A stretch of DNA of 64,000 nucleotides from Verrucomicrobiales bacterium (GCA_947460575.1 CANHIJ010000001.1:15176-79175), one strand, 5' to 3'; counted from the first letter of the stretch, positions 18,279 to 28,400 are shown. Numbers and translations are program-made. Notes: a model not told the origin generated them from the sequence alone.

Positions 18279-18665
18279 TTGCCGCAAGTCCAACCCCTCC
18301 TAAACGTTCTAAGGTCACTCCCTAGCCCAAATTTCGCCCCCGGTCCGGCGCACGAGGACTTGATCGTGCGCGCGTTGCCGTCCGGGGTTCGGGCGACGGC
18401 CTACGGACACGAGAGGAATGACAACTTTTTCCACACGACACGCGGTTGGCTTCTGGCTGGCTCCCCTTCCGCCTGGCGGCAGGTCGCCGAGGGCACCGGG
18501 TTTGTGGAGTCGGACGATGCCCGCGAGCTGGTGCCAGACTTGCGCCAGTGGTTTGGTGTTTCCGGCGCCGTCACTCAAGTCGTCGCTGGCTACGAGTGGG
18601 AGCTTGACCGCGACGGCTGGTATGTCATTTTCGCTGGTGAGACCACCGCCTTTTACGCCCATTGA
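18279..18665 (+). CDS. hypothetical protein (start uncertain, TTG/GTG only)
   Basis: This is a 128-aa ORF with balanced composition ('...GYEWELDRDGWYVIFAGETTAFYAH'). It has no internal Met and I recognise no family. Confidence 0.35.
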   Translation: MPQVQPLLNVLRSLPSPNFAPGPAHEDLIVRALPSGVRATAYGHERNDNFFHTTRGWLLAGSPSAWRQVAEGTGFVESDDARELVPDLRQWFGVSGAVTQVVAGYEWELDRDGWYVIFAGETTAFYAH

Positions 18666-18786
18666 ATATGACCGCGCGGCTGGACCAGGCACGGCAGGCG
18701 AATGCCGCCAGCGCGCTGCGGTGGCCCACGGCGCGTCCCGTGGACCGGCTCGCCGCGTTCGAATCCCTGGATACAACTAAATCATC

Positions 18787-19002
18787 GTGGACCCGCGCCT
18801 ATTTGTCCATTTAGCTTTTGCGCTCGGGATGAGCACTGTTGGGCTCATCTACCTTTTTTCGGGCCAATGGTGGCCCAAATGGCTCATGAAGGGGGCGGAT
18901 CGCCTGACGAAACGGCAAAGCACTAGGCGCGCTTATGGTAGCATCGCGCTCGGCATAGCCCTGATCATGGTTTTCTGGCTCCTTCCGTCGTTGCGGCGCT
19001 GA
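18787..19002 (+). CDS. small two-TM membrane protein, hypothetical
   Basis: The 71-aa product starts at a GTG. It has two hydrophobic helices ('LFVHLAFALGMSTVGLIYLF' and 'GSIALGIALIMVFWLLP') separated by a basic loop. Confidence 0.4.
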   Translation: MDPRLFVHLAFALGMSTVGLIYLFSGQWWPKWLMKGADRLTKRQSTRRAYGSIALGIALIMVFWLLPSLRR

Positions 19003-19210
19003 TGCCAGAAGTCGAAGGATTTTGCTTATCCTGAAGCGCCGTGCCGATGGCAGTTGTCTAACATTTTTCGATCAGGTGAATCGCCTTCGCTCGCTTCAGC
19101 GCTTCAAGGCACCACGCGGGCTTTCCATCCGGCAATATAGCTGTTTCGTTTGGCTTTCCTTGGGTCTGGCATAGGTTGAGGTTTCCTTCGCCCTGGTCTA
19201 GTCCAATTAT

Positions 19211-19321
19211 CCTAAAATGCTGAGTTGACTGTCCTATTTGGTGGGCGCGAAGCCGCTGGCGCGGGAGGCTTTCGCTTGGCGTGTGGGCTTTTTTGGGGCG
19301 GCCGGGCTGGTACCCCTGCCG
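19211..19321 (+). repeat. copy 1 of repeat family X (shared with 33754-33851 and 34230-34402)
   Basis: 'cctaaaatgctgagttgact...gcgcgaagccgctggcgcgggaggctttcgcttggcgtgtgggcttttttggggcggccgggctggtacccctgccg' aligns block by block with both arms of the 33.7-34.4 kb element. Confidence 0.75.
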
Positions 19322-19384
19322 AACTGTCTGATTCGCCGTTAGGGCGCCCCTACAGGGCTCACATTCCTTTTTGTGCTGAAAAAA

Positions 19385-19428
19385 CCCAGGGCCTTGCCCT
19401 GGGCTGAGGAATGAGGGCCCTTTGGGCC
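19385..19428 (+). repeat. partial copy of the ~90-bp hairpin repeat (family Y)
   Basis: It carries the hairpin 'cccagggc ctt gccctggg' (19385-19403) followed by 'ctgaggaatgagggccctttgggcc'. Confidence 0.7.
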
Positions 19429-19649
19429 AATGATGTGTCCACGGTGCTGATACCGGACCTTGCCCTGGGCTAAACTTAGGTTGCACCGTTGGGGCGCAGA
19501 AAACCAGGGCGTGGCCCGGTGCTTGGGCTGACGTGACCGCAAAAGGTCAATTTTGCCCCATTGCGAGTACTGATTATCAGTGAGTTCTGAATGCTGGAAT
19601 GGCCCTTGGGGGATTTTTTGCGGTGACGTCTGGGCGGCGCGGTATTATC

Positions 19650-19785
19650 ATGGTGCGCCCCATAGGGCGCTGATCCTGAGCGCCAACGGGGGCACTTGCG
19701 CCCTAACGCGGTGTCTGCACCCTAACGGGGCGCCTGCGCCCTGGAACTGCACCCTAACGGGGCGTCTGCGCCCCAATGGGGTAAG
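19650..19785. repeat. degenerate tandem array, ~19-20-bp unit, about 6 copies
   Basis: The units are 'cttgcgccctaacgcggtgt', 'ctgcaccctaacggggcgc', 'ctgcgccctggaa', 'ctgcaccctaacggggcgt' and 'ctgcgccccaatggggtaag'. More degenerate upstream units such as 'gcgccccatagggcgctgatc' precede them. Confidence 0.7.
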
Positions 19786-19939
19786 CCAAGGCCGCTGGGC
19801 AAGGCCCTGAGTTTTTGGGCCCCGATGGGGCACCGTATGCCGGTCCAGGGCAGCGCCCTGGGGTGGGTTGGCAGCGAACCGCGGCGCTCCGTAGGTGCGG
19901 CGGAGCGCGGTGGATGAGGCCCGCGACCGCGGCGTGTCG

Positions 19940-20029
19940 GGATGCGGCGTTCCTTCAGAACGCGGGAATCGTGGGCCTTGCCTTACCCAGGGCGATGCCC
20001 TGGGCTGGTATGCGCGGCCCCTTCAGGGC
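19940..20029 (+). repeat. family Y repeat, full copy A
   Basis: The sequence is 'ggatgcggcgttccttcagaacgcg...gggccttgccttacccagggcgatgccctgggctggtatgcgcggccccttcagggca'. The hairpin is at 19986-20004. Confidence 0.85.
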
Positions 20030-20081
20030 ATAGGTGCCGCCAATAGGTGCCGCCAATAGGTGCCGCCGATAGGTTCCGCCA
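20030..20081. repeat. 13-bp tandem repeat x4
   Basis: 'ataggtgccgcca' occurs twice, followed by 'ataggtgccgccg' and 'ataggttccgcca'. Confidence 0.9.
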
Positions 20082-20117
20082 TTGGTCAGGTCATGTGCGT
20101 TCCAGGTCATTTTGCTG

Positions 20118-20150
20118 CCCGAGCCCCAACCCGAGCCCAACCCGAGCCCC
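20118..20150. repeat. 11-12-bp tandem repeat x3
   Basis: The units are 'cccgagccccaa', 'cccgagcccaa' and 'cccgagcccc'. Confidence 0.85.
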
Positions 20151-20151
20151 T

Positions 20152-20236
20152 ACGGGGCTTTGCATACCAGCCCAGGGCAACGCCCTGGGTAAGGGTTTAC
20201 CAACAACACGGTGCGCTCTGAAGGAGCGCCGCATCC
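20152..20236 (-). repeat. family Y repeat, full copy C (inverted relative to A and B)
   Basis: The reverse complement reads 'ggatgcggcgctccttcagagcgcacc...acccttacccagggcgttgccctgggctggtatgcaaagccccgta'. The hairpin is at 20171-20189. Confidence 0.85.
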
Positions 20237-20269
20237 CCGTAGATCAGGCCCAAGCCTGCCGCGCGAGGC

Positions 20270-20359
20270 GATGCGGCGTTCCTTCAGAACGCGTGGATGG
20301 GGGGCCTTGGCCAACCCAGGGCGTTGCCCTGGGCTGGTATGCGGGGGCCCTTTGGGGCC
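20270..20359 (+). repeat. family Y repeat, full copy B
   Basis: The sequence is 'gatgcggcgttccttcagaacgcgtggatggggggccttggccaacccagggcgttgccctgggctggtatgcgggggccctttggggcc'. The hairpin is at 20315-20333. Confidence 0.85.
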
Positions 20360-20525
20360 GAGGCGCTGCCATTTGCGAGGTGCTGGGAGCTGGGTTGAGT
20401 TTGAGCCTTCGGCTGGCAACCCGTTTCTGAGGAGCAACTTGGGCAAGAATTATTCGGGAGGGTCAATAGCTGGAGGGTTCCCCGGCCGGAGAGATTGCGG
20501 AGGACTGGCGGAGGACTGGCGGACC

Positions 20526-20567
20526 AAAAAAGCCCGCCGCCAGGACGGACCTGGGCGGCGGGCTTGG
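20526..20567 (-). terminator. rho-independent terminator of the 1164-aa LamG/Ig gene
   Basis: On the minus strand an 11-bp GC stem 'agcccgccgcc' / 'ggcggcgggct' with a 12-nt loop is followed by T6 (the complement of 'aaaaaa' at 20526-20531). It lies 30 nt after the stop at 20597. Confidence 0.8.
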
Positions 20568-20596
20568 GGGAGGCTCAGAGGAGGCTCGGGGGAGGC

Positions 20597-23500
20597 TCAG
20601 GGGAGTTTGGCGCGGTAGAAGCGGGCGGGGGTGGAGGGGATGAGGGGTTGGGGGGAGACGGCGTCGGGGACGGGGAGCCAGGGGGCGCCGGGTTGGAGGG
20701 TGGAGCTTTCGAGGGTGCCGTAGGGCCAGCTGAGGGTGAAGCCGCTGCCGGGGGTGGCGAAGTCGTAGCGGGCCTGGAGGGCGGTGGGGACGACGACGGT
20801 GCCGTTGCTGGCGACTTGGGCGATTTCGGCTCCGGAGAGGATTTGGGAGTAGAAGCGGATGTCGTCGAGTTGGCCGCCGAAGCGTTTCCAGTAGGGGTCG
20901 TGGGACTTGCCGAGTTCGATGGGTTGGGCGGCGGGCCAGGTCCAGGCGGCGGTGTTGGTGTTTTCAAGGCCGGCGATGCCGTCGACGTAGACGCCGATGG
21001 AACCGGCGGCGTCCTGATTGTAGAAGACGGCGATGTGGTGCCAGTTGCCGTCGGCGACGTAGGTGGAGTCGGTGAAGGTATTGGCGCCGCCGGGGTTGCA
21101 CTGGACGAAGATATTACCGGAATCGGCGAGGGCGATGACGGTGCCGGTGGAGGTGCGGCGGTCGAGGAGGATGGAGGCTTCGCTGCCGGGGCCGCTAGGG
21201 AGGTCGGCTTTCATCCAGAACATGATGGTTCCGGTGGGTGCGTCGAAGGCGGGGGCGGGGGCGATTTTGATTTGGTCGCCGGTTTCGGAGGAGAACTGCT
21301 GGACGCCTTGGCGGGTGGTGGGGACGTTGTCGGGGCTGCTGGCGAGCCAGGTGGAGCCGGCGTTGAGGGCGTTGAGGGCGGCGCCGCTGGGTTTGGTGTC
21401 GTCGATGACGCCGCCGGGGGTGATGTCGAGCTTGAAGGGAGCGCCGGAGCCGCTGAGGAAGAGGGCGGCGATTTCGGGCTCGCTGAGGACGCGGTCGTAG
21501 AAGGCGGACTCGTCGATTTGGCCCATGAAATTGCGGCTGGTGCGACCGGTTTGGTTGCCGCCGAAGGCGAGGGCTTGGTTGAGGAGGTGGGGGGTGTGGG
21601 TGGCGTTGACGCTGGATTTTTTGAGGGAGTCGCCGTCGCCGAGGTAGAAGGTGGCGCGGGTGGGTTCGAGGACCATGGCGCAGAAGGTCCAGACTTCGGC
21701 GGGGACTTGGAGGCCGGAGCCCCAGCCCCACTGGCTGCCGTCCCAGTGGTAGCGCAATTCGCCGTAGGGGCGACCGGCGGAGCCGTCGAGGTGGAAGCCG
21801 CCGGCGCCGAGCCAGGCGGGCCAGCTGAGGTCGTCGGTGGTGAATTTCTCAGCGCGCTTGATCCAGGTGGTGACCGTTAGGGTGTTGGTGGTGATGTTGA
21901 GCGCGGGGACGGCATTGTAGCCGTTTGCGGTGGCGGCGACGGCGCTGTTAGTGGCTGCGAAGCCAGGGTTTTCGGGAGGTTGGGGGCCGGTGGCGGAGGG
22001 GAGGAGGTCGCCGCCGTAGAGGCCGTTGAAGGCGGCGCCGGCGGTGCCGCTGTTGCGGGGGAGGGGCGGGGTTAGGCCGACGGGGTCGTCGAGTTTCCAG
22101 TAACCGGTGGGGCTGCTGGTTTGCACCAAGGTGGCGTAGGGGGTGGAGCGCGCGGGATTGGTGGCGTTTTGGAAGTGGGCGAGGACTTCGGCGGAGCTGA
22201 GGGCGGTGGGGTAGATAGCGACTTCGTCGATGGCGCCGCCGGCGAAATTGCCGCCGCCGACGTCGCCGTTGTCGTTGGGGAAGCCGGCAAGGCGCATCGG
22301 GAGGGTGCTATTGGGGGTGTAGCCGTTGGCGGCGGTGATGCCGGCGCCTTGTTGCACGCCGTTGACGTAGAAGCGCTGGGTGGCGGTGGCGGCGTCGTAG
22401 GTGCCGACGAGGTGGGCCCAGGCGCCGGGGACGATGTCGACGTCGGAGTTGATTTGGTTGCGCGCGGTGCCGTTGTAGGTGCGGAACTGCCATTTGGTGA
22501 CGCCGTTCCAGCCGAAGAAGAGGAAGCCGTCGCCGACGGCGGGCCCGCGGTTGATGAGGGGGTCGATGCGGCCGTTGTTGGTGGGCGGGGCTTTGACCCA
22601 GAGTTCGGCGGTGAAGGAAGGGGAGTTCAGTCCGGCGTTGAAGGGGATGTCGATGAACTGGTTGCTAGTCTTGAGGCCTACGGCCTTGTTGGCGGTGTCG
22701 CCGGCGAGGGCGCCGGCTTGTTGGAAGGCGGCGTAGCGCTTGGCGGTGGCGTTGGCGGCGGCGCCGGTGCTGCCGAGGTTGGCGGCGGTGCCGGTATTGA
22801 CCTGGGGGACGGCGGTTTCGCTGTAGCGGTACCAGAGGAGGGGCTTTTGGGCGGCCTGGGCGGCTTCGTAGGTGCCGGGTGAGGGAGTGGTCACCGTGAG
22901 GACGGCGCTGGTGGAGGCGCTGCCGACGAGGTTGGTGGCGGTGACCGTGTAGGTGGCGGCGTCGGCGGCGCTGAGGGCGGGCAGGGTGAGGGTGGGGCCG
23001 GTGGCGCCGGGGATGGGAGTGGCGCCTTTTTTCCAGGAGTAGGAGAGCTCTCCGCCGGTGGCGAGGGAGGTGAAAGTGGCGGGGTAGCCGACGTAGAAAG
23101 TTTGGCTGAGGGGCGTTTCGGTGAAGAGCGGCTGGGTGAGGGAGGAAACGGCAACGGTGACGGAGTTGCTGGTGGCGTTGCCTGCGGCGTTGGTAACGAC
23201 GACGTTGTAATTGCCGCTGTCGGCGGCGGTGACGCCGCTGAGGTTCAGGGTGGCAGCGTTTTGGCCGCCGAGGGGGGTGGTGCCGCGGCGCCACTGGTAG
23301 GCGAGGGGGGCGCTGCCGCTGGCGGTGGCAGTGAGGGTGAAGCTGCCGCCAATGAAGAGGGTGCCGGTGGGCGCGGTGGGCTGGGTCTCGATGACGGGGA
23401 CGTTGGCGGTAGCGGGAGTGTAGTCTAAAATGAGTCCGGCGAGGGTGGAGCGCTGCGTGCCGTTGCGGGGAAGTCCGCTGATGCTGACGGCGTTGTTTTC

Positions 23501-24091
23501 CGTCGCCGCGGAGAGGAGGGGGGTTTCCGAGGAGAGGGCAAAGATGCCGCCGCCGAGGGTGGAGAGGGTTTCGCCGTAGACGAGGGCGTCGGTGCTGCTG
23601 TTGGAGACGACTTGGCCGTCGGAAAAGCCGGAGCCGTTGTCGGTGGCGGCGATCAGGCTGATTTTGAAGTCGGCGGCGGCGTTGCGCAGACCGCTGAGGC
23701 GGACGCGGTAGCCGGTGCCGGAGTCGTCAAGGTAGCCGTAGGCCACTTGGTCGCCCCCGGGGTCGGCGCCGGCGGAAGTGGGGACATCGGCGTACTGGCT
23801 GTAGGTATTGATCGCGGACCACTCGACCAAGAGGGTGGCTCCGTCGGGCAGGGTGATGGGGCTGCTGCTGGAGAAGGGGGCCGCGATGGAGTTCTTGACG
23901 CGGGGCATGTTGAACCAGTCGGAGGCGGGGATGCCGAAGGAGGTTTCGGTGACGGGGGCGCCGCCGCCGCTGTCCCAGTCGTCTTGGAAATTGATGCCGA
24001 TGCGGGCGGCGCGGGAGGGGGCGAGGCCGCAGAGGGAGGAAGCGGTGACCAGGGCGGCCAGCGGGAGGGTGGTGAGGGAGAGGTGTTTCAT
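20597..24091 (-). CDS. large secreted protein: Ig-like (I-set type) domains + three LamG/concanavalin-A-like domains + C-terminal '...ARFYR' beta domain
   Basis: It has a signal peptide 'MKHLSLTTLPLAALVTASSLCG'. Ig-like repeats include '...LAYQWRRGTTPL...LSGVTAADSGNYNVVVTNAAGNATS' and 'LSYSWKKGATPIPGATG...AADAATYTVTATNLVGSAS'. LamG signatures include 'FTAELWVKAPP...IDEVAIYPTALSSAEV', 'LTVTTWIKRAE...IDESAFYDRVLSEPEI' and 'GTIMFWMKADL...NWHHIAVFYN...LDDIRFYSQILSGAEI'. Confidence 0.85.
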   Translation of the reverse strand: MKHLSLTTLPLAALVTASSLCGLAPSRAARIGINFQDDWDSGGGAPVTETSFGIPASDWFNMPRVKNSIAAPFSSSSPITLPDGATLLVEWSAINTYSQYADVPTSAGADPGGDQVAYGYLDDSGTGYRVRLSGLRNAAADFKISLIAATDNGSGFSDGQVVSNSSTDALVYGETLSTLGGGIFALSSETPLLSAATENNAVSISGLPRNGTQRSTLAGLILDYTPATANVPVIETQPTAPTGTLFIGGSFTLTATASGSAPLAYQWRRGTTPLGGQNAATLNLSGVTAADSGNYNVVVTNAAGNATSNSVTVAVSSLTQPLFTETPLSQTFYVGYPATFTSLATGGELSYSWKKGATPIPGATGPTLTLPALSAADAATYTVTATNLVGSASTSAVLTVTTPSPGTYEAAQAAQKPLLWYRYSETAVPQVNTGTAANLGSTGAAANATAKRYAAFQQAGALAGDTANKAVGLKTSNQFIDIPFNAGLNSPSFTAELWVKAPPTNNGRIDPLINRGPAVGDGFLFFGWNGVTKWQFRTYNGTARNQINSDVDIVPGAWAHLVGTYDAATATQRFYVNGVQQGAGITAANGYTPNSTLPMRLAGFPNDNGDVGGGNFAGGAIDEVAIYPTALSSAEVLAHFQNATNPARSTPYATLVQTSSPTGYWKLDDPVGLTPPLPRNSGTAGAAFNGLYGGDLLPSATGPQPPENPGFAATNSAVAATANGYNAVPALNITTNTLTVTTWIKRAEKFTTDDLSWPAWLGAGGFHLDGSAGRPYGELRYHWDGSQWGWGSGLQVPAEVWTFCAMVLEPTRATFYLGDGDSLKKSSVNATHTPHLLNQALAFGGNQTGRTSRNFMGQIDESAFYDRVLSEPEIAALFLSGSGAPFKLDITPGGVIDDTKPSGAALNALNAGSTWLASSPDNVPTTRQGVQQFSSETGDQIKIAPAPAFDAPTGTIMFWMKADLPSGPGSEASILLDRRTSTGTVIALADSGNIFVQCNPGGANTFTDSTYVADGNWHHIAVFYNQDAAGSIGVYVDGIAGLENTNTAAWTWPAAQPIELGKSHDPYWKRFGGQLDDIRFYSQILSGAEIAQVASNGTVVVPTALQARYDFATPGSGFTLSWPYGTLESSTLQPGAPWLPVPDAVSPQPLIPSTPARFYRAKLP

Positions 24092-24357
24092 GGAGAGTGC
24101 AGGGAACGATGGAATAACGGACGGAAAAAATTTAGGGGGATAGAAAGCAGCTTGCAGGCCACATCATGCGCAGGGAGGCGGGGCAAAATAGTCTTGTATA
24201 TATCCAATACTGATCTTTTCCGAGCGCGCGGGGTGGGGGGCGACTGGGGCTGGGCAGGGGCGAGTGGGTGGGGGGTTGCAAGGTTTGGGCTGGAGCGGCC
24301 GTTTCTAGGCGATATCAGAGCGGAGAGGGTCTCCGATCTCGAAACCTTTTTATTTTC

Positions 24358-25299
24358 ATGAACCGCCGCCGCTTTCTCCACGCCAGCTCTGCCGCTGTCG
24401 CCGCCACTGCCATGGGTCCCGTGCTTCAAGCTGGGGCCGCCGCGACCCCGGAGCTGCGGCCGCGCTTTCAATTTTCCGTCAAGTGGGGCATGATCGGAGA
24501 AGCGGGGTTATCGGTGACGGACAAATTCAAATTGCTCAAGGATCTGGGCTACGACGGGGTGGAGATGGACAGCCAGTATGCGGTATCGGCGGCGGAGATT
24601 CGGGCGGCGCAGGACGCCACGGGTTTGCCCGCGCAGGGGGTGGTGAACGCCAATCATTGGTCGACCCGCTTGAGCGATCCGGCGGCGCAGGTTCGGGCCA
24701 AGGCGGTGCAGGAATTGGTGGATGGGCTGCGCTATACCCATGCCATTGGGGCTTCGACGCTGCTCTTGGTGCCGGGGGCGGTGCAGGAAGGTAAGGATGA
24801 GAATCGGGAGCAGGTGTGGGAGCGCAGTTTGGCGGGGATTCGTCAGGTGATTCCGTTAGCGGCGGAGTTGGGGGTGCGCATTGGGATTGAGAATGTGTGG
24901 AATCGCTTCCTCTATCAACACGGTGACGACGCTCCGGCAGACCAGAAGCCAGATGCATTTATCCGCTATGTGGACGAGATCAATTCGGCCTGGGTGGGGA
25001 TTTACCTCGACCTCAGCAACCACCGCAAATACGCCTACGAGCCGGACTGGATTCGGGCGATGGGGCGGCGCATCATCAAGTGCGACACCAAGGACTACCT
25101 CCTAGCCAAGGACGCCAAGGACGGCCGCAAAGAGGGCTTTTGCGACATCGGGGAGGGGTCGGTGGACTGGCCCGCGACGCGCCAGGCGCTGGCGGACATC
25201 AACTACTACGGCTGGATATCCAGCGAAGTGGCGGGGGGCGACCGCGCCCGCCTAGCGGATAATTTGGCGCGGATGCGCAAGCATTTGCTGGGGGTCTGA
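24358..25299 (+). CDS. Tat-exported sugar phosphate isomerase/epimerase (xylose-isomerase-like TIM barrel)
   Basis: The ATG at 24358 gives the Tat-like N-terminus 'MNRRRFLHASSAAVAATAMG'. Motifs 'LKDLGYDGVEM', 'GASTLLLVPG', 'GVRIGIENVWNRF' and 'GWISSEV' follow. Confidence 0.8.
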   Translation: MNRRRFLHASSAAVAATAMGPVLQAGAAATPELRPRFQFSVKWGMIGEAGLSVTDKFKLLKDLGYDGVEMDSQYAVSAAEIRAAQDATGLPAQGVVNANHWSTRLSDPAAQVRAKAVQELVDGLRYTHAIGASTLLLVPGAVQEGKDENREQVWERSLAGIRQVIPLAAELGVRIGIENVWNRFLYQHGDDAPADQKPDAFIRYVDEINSAWVGIYLDLSNHRKYAYEPDWIRAMGRRIIKCDTKDYLLAKDAKDGRKEGFCDIGEGSVDWPATRQALADINYYGWISSEVAGGDRARLADNLARMRKHLLGV

Positions 25300-25426
25300 G
25301 GGGGAGGCGCAGGTCAGAGGGTGGGGGGAGGCGCCGCGGGGAGAAGCCGCAAAACTGCTGCGCTGGATGGTTGCCATGGCGGGCTGGTTTTGACAGAGTG
25401 GGAGTTAATTCGTTCCCCTCCGTCCC

Positions 25427-28400
25427 GTGCGCTCCTTCCTTCGTCCCCTCCTATTGTCGCTGTTGCCCCTGGCCTCCCTGCAAGCGGGTCAGGTTATCTT
25501 TGCGGAAGTGATGTACCACCCTCCTGGCGGCAAGCCGGAGTATGTGGAAATCACCAATTTGACGAGCAACCGCTTGGACATGGCGCGCTGGACGGTGTCG
25601 GGGGGAGTGGACTACACGTTTCCCGATTTTAGCGTGGCCAACCCCGCGGGGCACTTTTTGAAGGAATACGAGCGGGTCGTAGTGAGCAGCGCTGATGAGG
25701 CGGCGACGCGGGCCGCCTGGCCGACGATTCCGATCACGGTGCGGATCTTTGGGCCTTGGACGGGATCGCTGAACAATGGGGGGGAAACGATCGCGCTCAA
25801 AGATGCGGCTCAGGCGGTGGAAAGCACCCTGACCTATGGGGACGGCGGCAATTGGCCGCTGGCGGCGGACGGGGCGGGGCATTCGCTGCAGATCATCAAT
25901 CCCAATGGCGACGTCGATGATTGGCGCAATTGGGGGATCAGCCGCTACCGCGGCGGTTCGCCGGGGGTGGCGGAGCCGACTCTAGCGGAATCTCCGCTGG
26001 CTAGTCCGGAGAAGGCGGACTACAACGCGGTGGAATACACCAGTGCGTGGAAGTACTGGCGGGAGGCTGCGGACCCGGATGGGGCGGGGGCGGAGGGCAG
26101 TTGGTTTGTGCCGGGGTATGACGACAGCGCCTGGTCGGCGGGGCCGGGGTTTTTTGGGCACGATCCGAGCAAGCCGCTGCTCCAGGCGGCGCGCGGCACT
26201 AGCTTTACGACAGGATATGCCACCAGCACGGTCACCTACTATTTTCGCACCACGTTTAATTGGTCAGGGGCGCTGAGCGGCCAGACTTTTGCGCTGGATC
26301 AGTGGCTGGACGACGGGGCGATCTACTATTTAAATGGGAAAGAGTTGAAGGGGGAGAACCTGGGGCGGATCCGCATGGCGGCTGGGGCGGCGGCCCACGG
26401 TGACATCGCGATCGGCTCGCCTGCGGGAGGAGACGCGGTGGAGGAACTCAATGTGTTGAGCGGGTCGCTGGATGGGCAACTGGTGAGCGGAGCTAACGTT
26501 TTGTGCGCGGAAGTGCACCAGAACACGGTGGTGGGGGACGACATCTATTTTGGGGCGCGGCTGCGCGTCACTTCGCCCGCGGTGGGAGGCTTAGTGATCA
26601 ACGAAGTGCGGCCGGCGGCGGTGGCCGGGGTGGGCTTTGTGGAGTTTTACAATCCGGGGCCGACGGCGGTGGATTTGAATGGCTATTACCTGAGCGACAG
26701 CGAGAGCAACCTGACCAAATACCGCATCGCGGTGCCGACGCCGGTGGCGGTGGGCGGGGTGGCGGTGGTGGGTTTCGCGGAGAGCGGTTTGAGTACGGTG
26801 GCTCCGGTGACGGTCCTGCTGACGCAGCCGGACGGCTTCACGCGGCAGAATGCGTTTCGCTCCAGCATGTTAGTGGACGGGCGCTCCGCGGGGCGCCGCC
26901 CCTCGGGGGGGAGCACGTGGGTGCTGTTTGCGCAACCGACCCCGGGGCAGCCCAATGTGACCGCGCCGACGCCGACTTTGGCACTCAGCGAGGTCCATTT
27001 TGGAGCCAGCGGGCGGGCCGATTGGGTAGAGTTTTTCAATACGGGGAGCGCGGCCCAGGCGCTGGACGGGTATTTTGTTTCCAGTGCGCCGGATCTGTCG
27101 GACCGGGTGGCCTTGGGGGGGAGCCTGGCTTCGGGGGGGTATGGAAGCGCGGCGGTGGACTTTGCGGCGTCGGCGGCGGGGGAGTTGACCCTGTACGTGA
27201 GCGATCTTCACCACAACATAGCGGCGACGGCGCGGGTGAAAATGCGGGCGGGACTTCCTTCGGCGCAAACTTGGCCGGCGGGGGCAAAGGAATGGTATGC
27301 CACGCCGACGGCGAGTCGGGACGCGCCTAACAATCCGCAGCGCCAGAGCGCCATTGTGATCAACGAGATCATGGGCAAGGCGCCATCGGGGCACGAGGGC
27401 GGGGAGTTTATTGAATTGTACAACCAGAGCGGGGCCAGCGTGGACCTGGGGGCCTGGCGGTTTGTGGAGGGGGTGTCGTACAGCTTTGCGGCGGGGACTT
27501 CGCTGGGGGCGGGGCAGTATTTGGTGCTGAGCAAGGACCCGAGTTATCTGCGGGCCAACTACCCTGGGGTGGCCAACGTTGTGGGGCCATTTGGGGGGAC
27601 TCTGCGCAACAGTGGGGAGCAGCTTCGCTTGGAGGATGCGGTGGGCAACTTGGCGGATGTGGTGGACTACCGCAGCGGGGGGCAGTGGCCCACAGGGGCC
27701 AGTGGGGAAGGGAGCAGCCTGGAGTTGCTGCACCCGGCGATGGACAACAGCCAGGCCTCGGCTTGGCGGGCCAGCGATGAGAGCAAAAAGTCTAGCTTTC
27801 AGAGTTTCAGCTACAGCGGGGTGTACAAAGAGCAGCGGGGCGTCCCGGCCGGCAATAGTTCGTGCCGCGAATTGCTCCTCAATATGGTGGCCGATGGCTA
27901 TGTCATTCTACGCAATATCAAGTTGGTCAAGGACACCGCCCCGAGCGTCAATTTGATTACGACGGGCGACGCCACCTCGCACAACGGCAATGGGGCCGCG
28001 GGCTTTTTGTGCACCGGCACGCACTGCGAAAGCGATACCTTGCCGCGGGCGGCCTCGCCCCTAACGGGGGACGCAGGCTTTCACCTCATCAGCCGGGGAT
28101 CGGGCGACACCAAGGCCAACAAGGCGGAAGTGGACGTCGTCGGCATGGCCGCGAACACCAGCATGACCCTGAGCTTTGAGGGCCGCTGGGTGCAGGGGCT
28201 GCCGCTGATGGTGGCTCAGACTTGGGACCGCAGTTTTGGCAAAGTGTTTCGCTTCCCGGTGCCAGGGAACTTGGGGACGCCGGGTGCGGCGAACTCGCGG
28301 AGCCGGGCGGCGGCGGCCCCCACGGTCGACGCCATGAAGCATTTTCCAGTGGTGCCGACCTCGGTGCAGCCGGTGGTGGTTTCCGCGCGGGTGACCTCGG

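Noticed and set aside
19650-20150. CRISPR array hypothesis for the tandem repeats here and at 34123-34224
   Set aside because: The units are only 11-20 bp and directly abut each other with no unique spacers. No cas genes are in the window.
19058-20466. Small ORFs across the repeat field, giving peptides such as '...ALKGPRIPAQGNALGWPRPPIHAF' and 'MRRSFRTRGWGALANPGRCPGLVCGGPLGP'
   Set aside because: The same DNA repeat is read in different frames and orientations, and conservation is at nucleotide and hairpin level. The tail of 19058-19486 ('...GKPNETAILPDGKPAWCLEALKRAKAIHLIEKC') looks protein-like but has no usable start codon. At most it is a gene remnant.
19211-20600. An IS element, transposase, integrase or RAYT gene associated with the repeats (also checked around 33738-34403)
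   Set aside because: No ORF with DDE, HUH or tyrosine-recombinase motifs is present in either region. The repeats are reported only as non-autonomous.
20495-21880. 461-aa plus-strand ORF antisense to the 1164-aa LamG/Ig gene (similar cases at 22121-22882 and 23612-24361)
   Set aside because: It is G/A/E/V low complexity with no start context. The minus-strand frame has a signal peptide plus Ig and LamG motifs.
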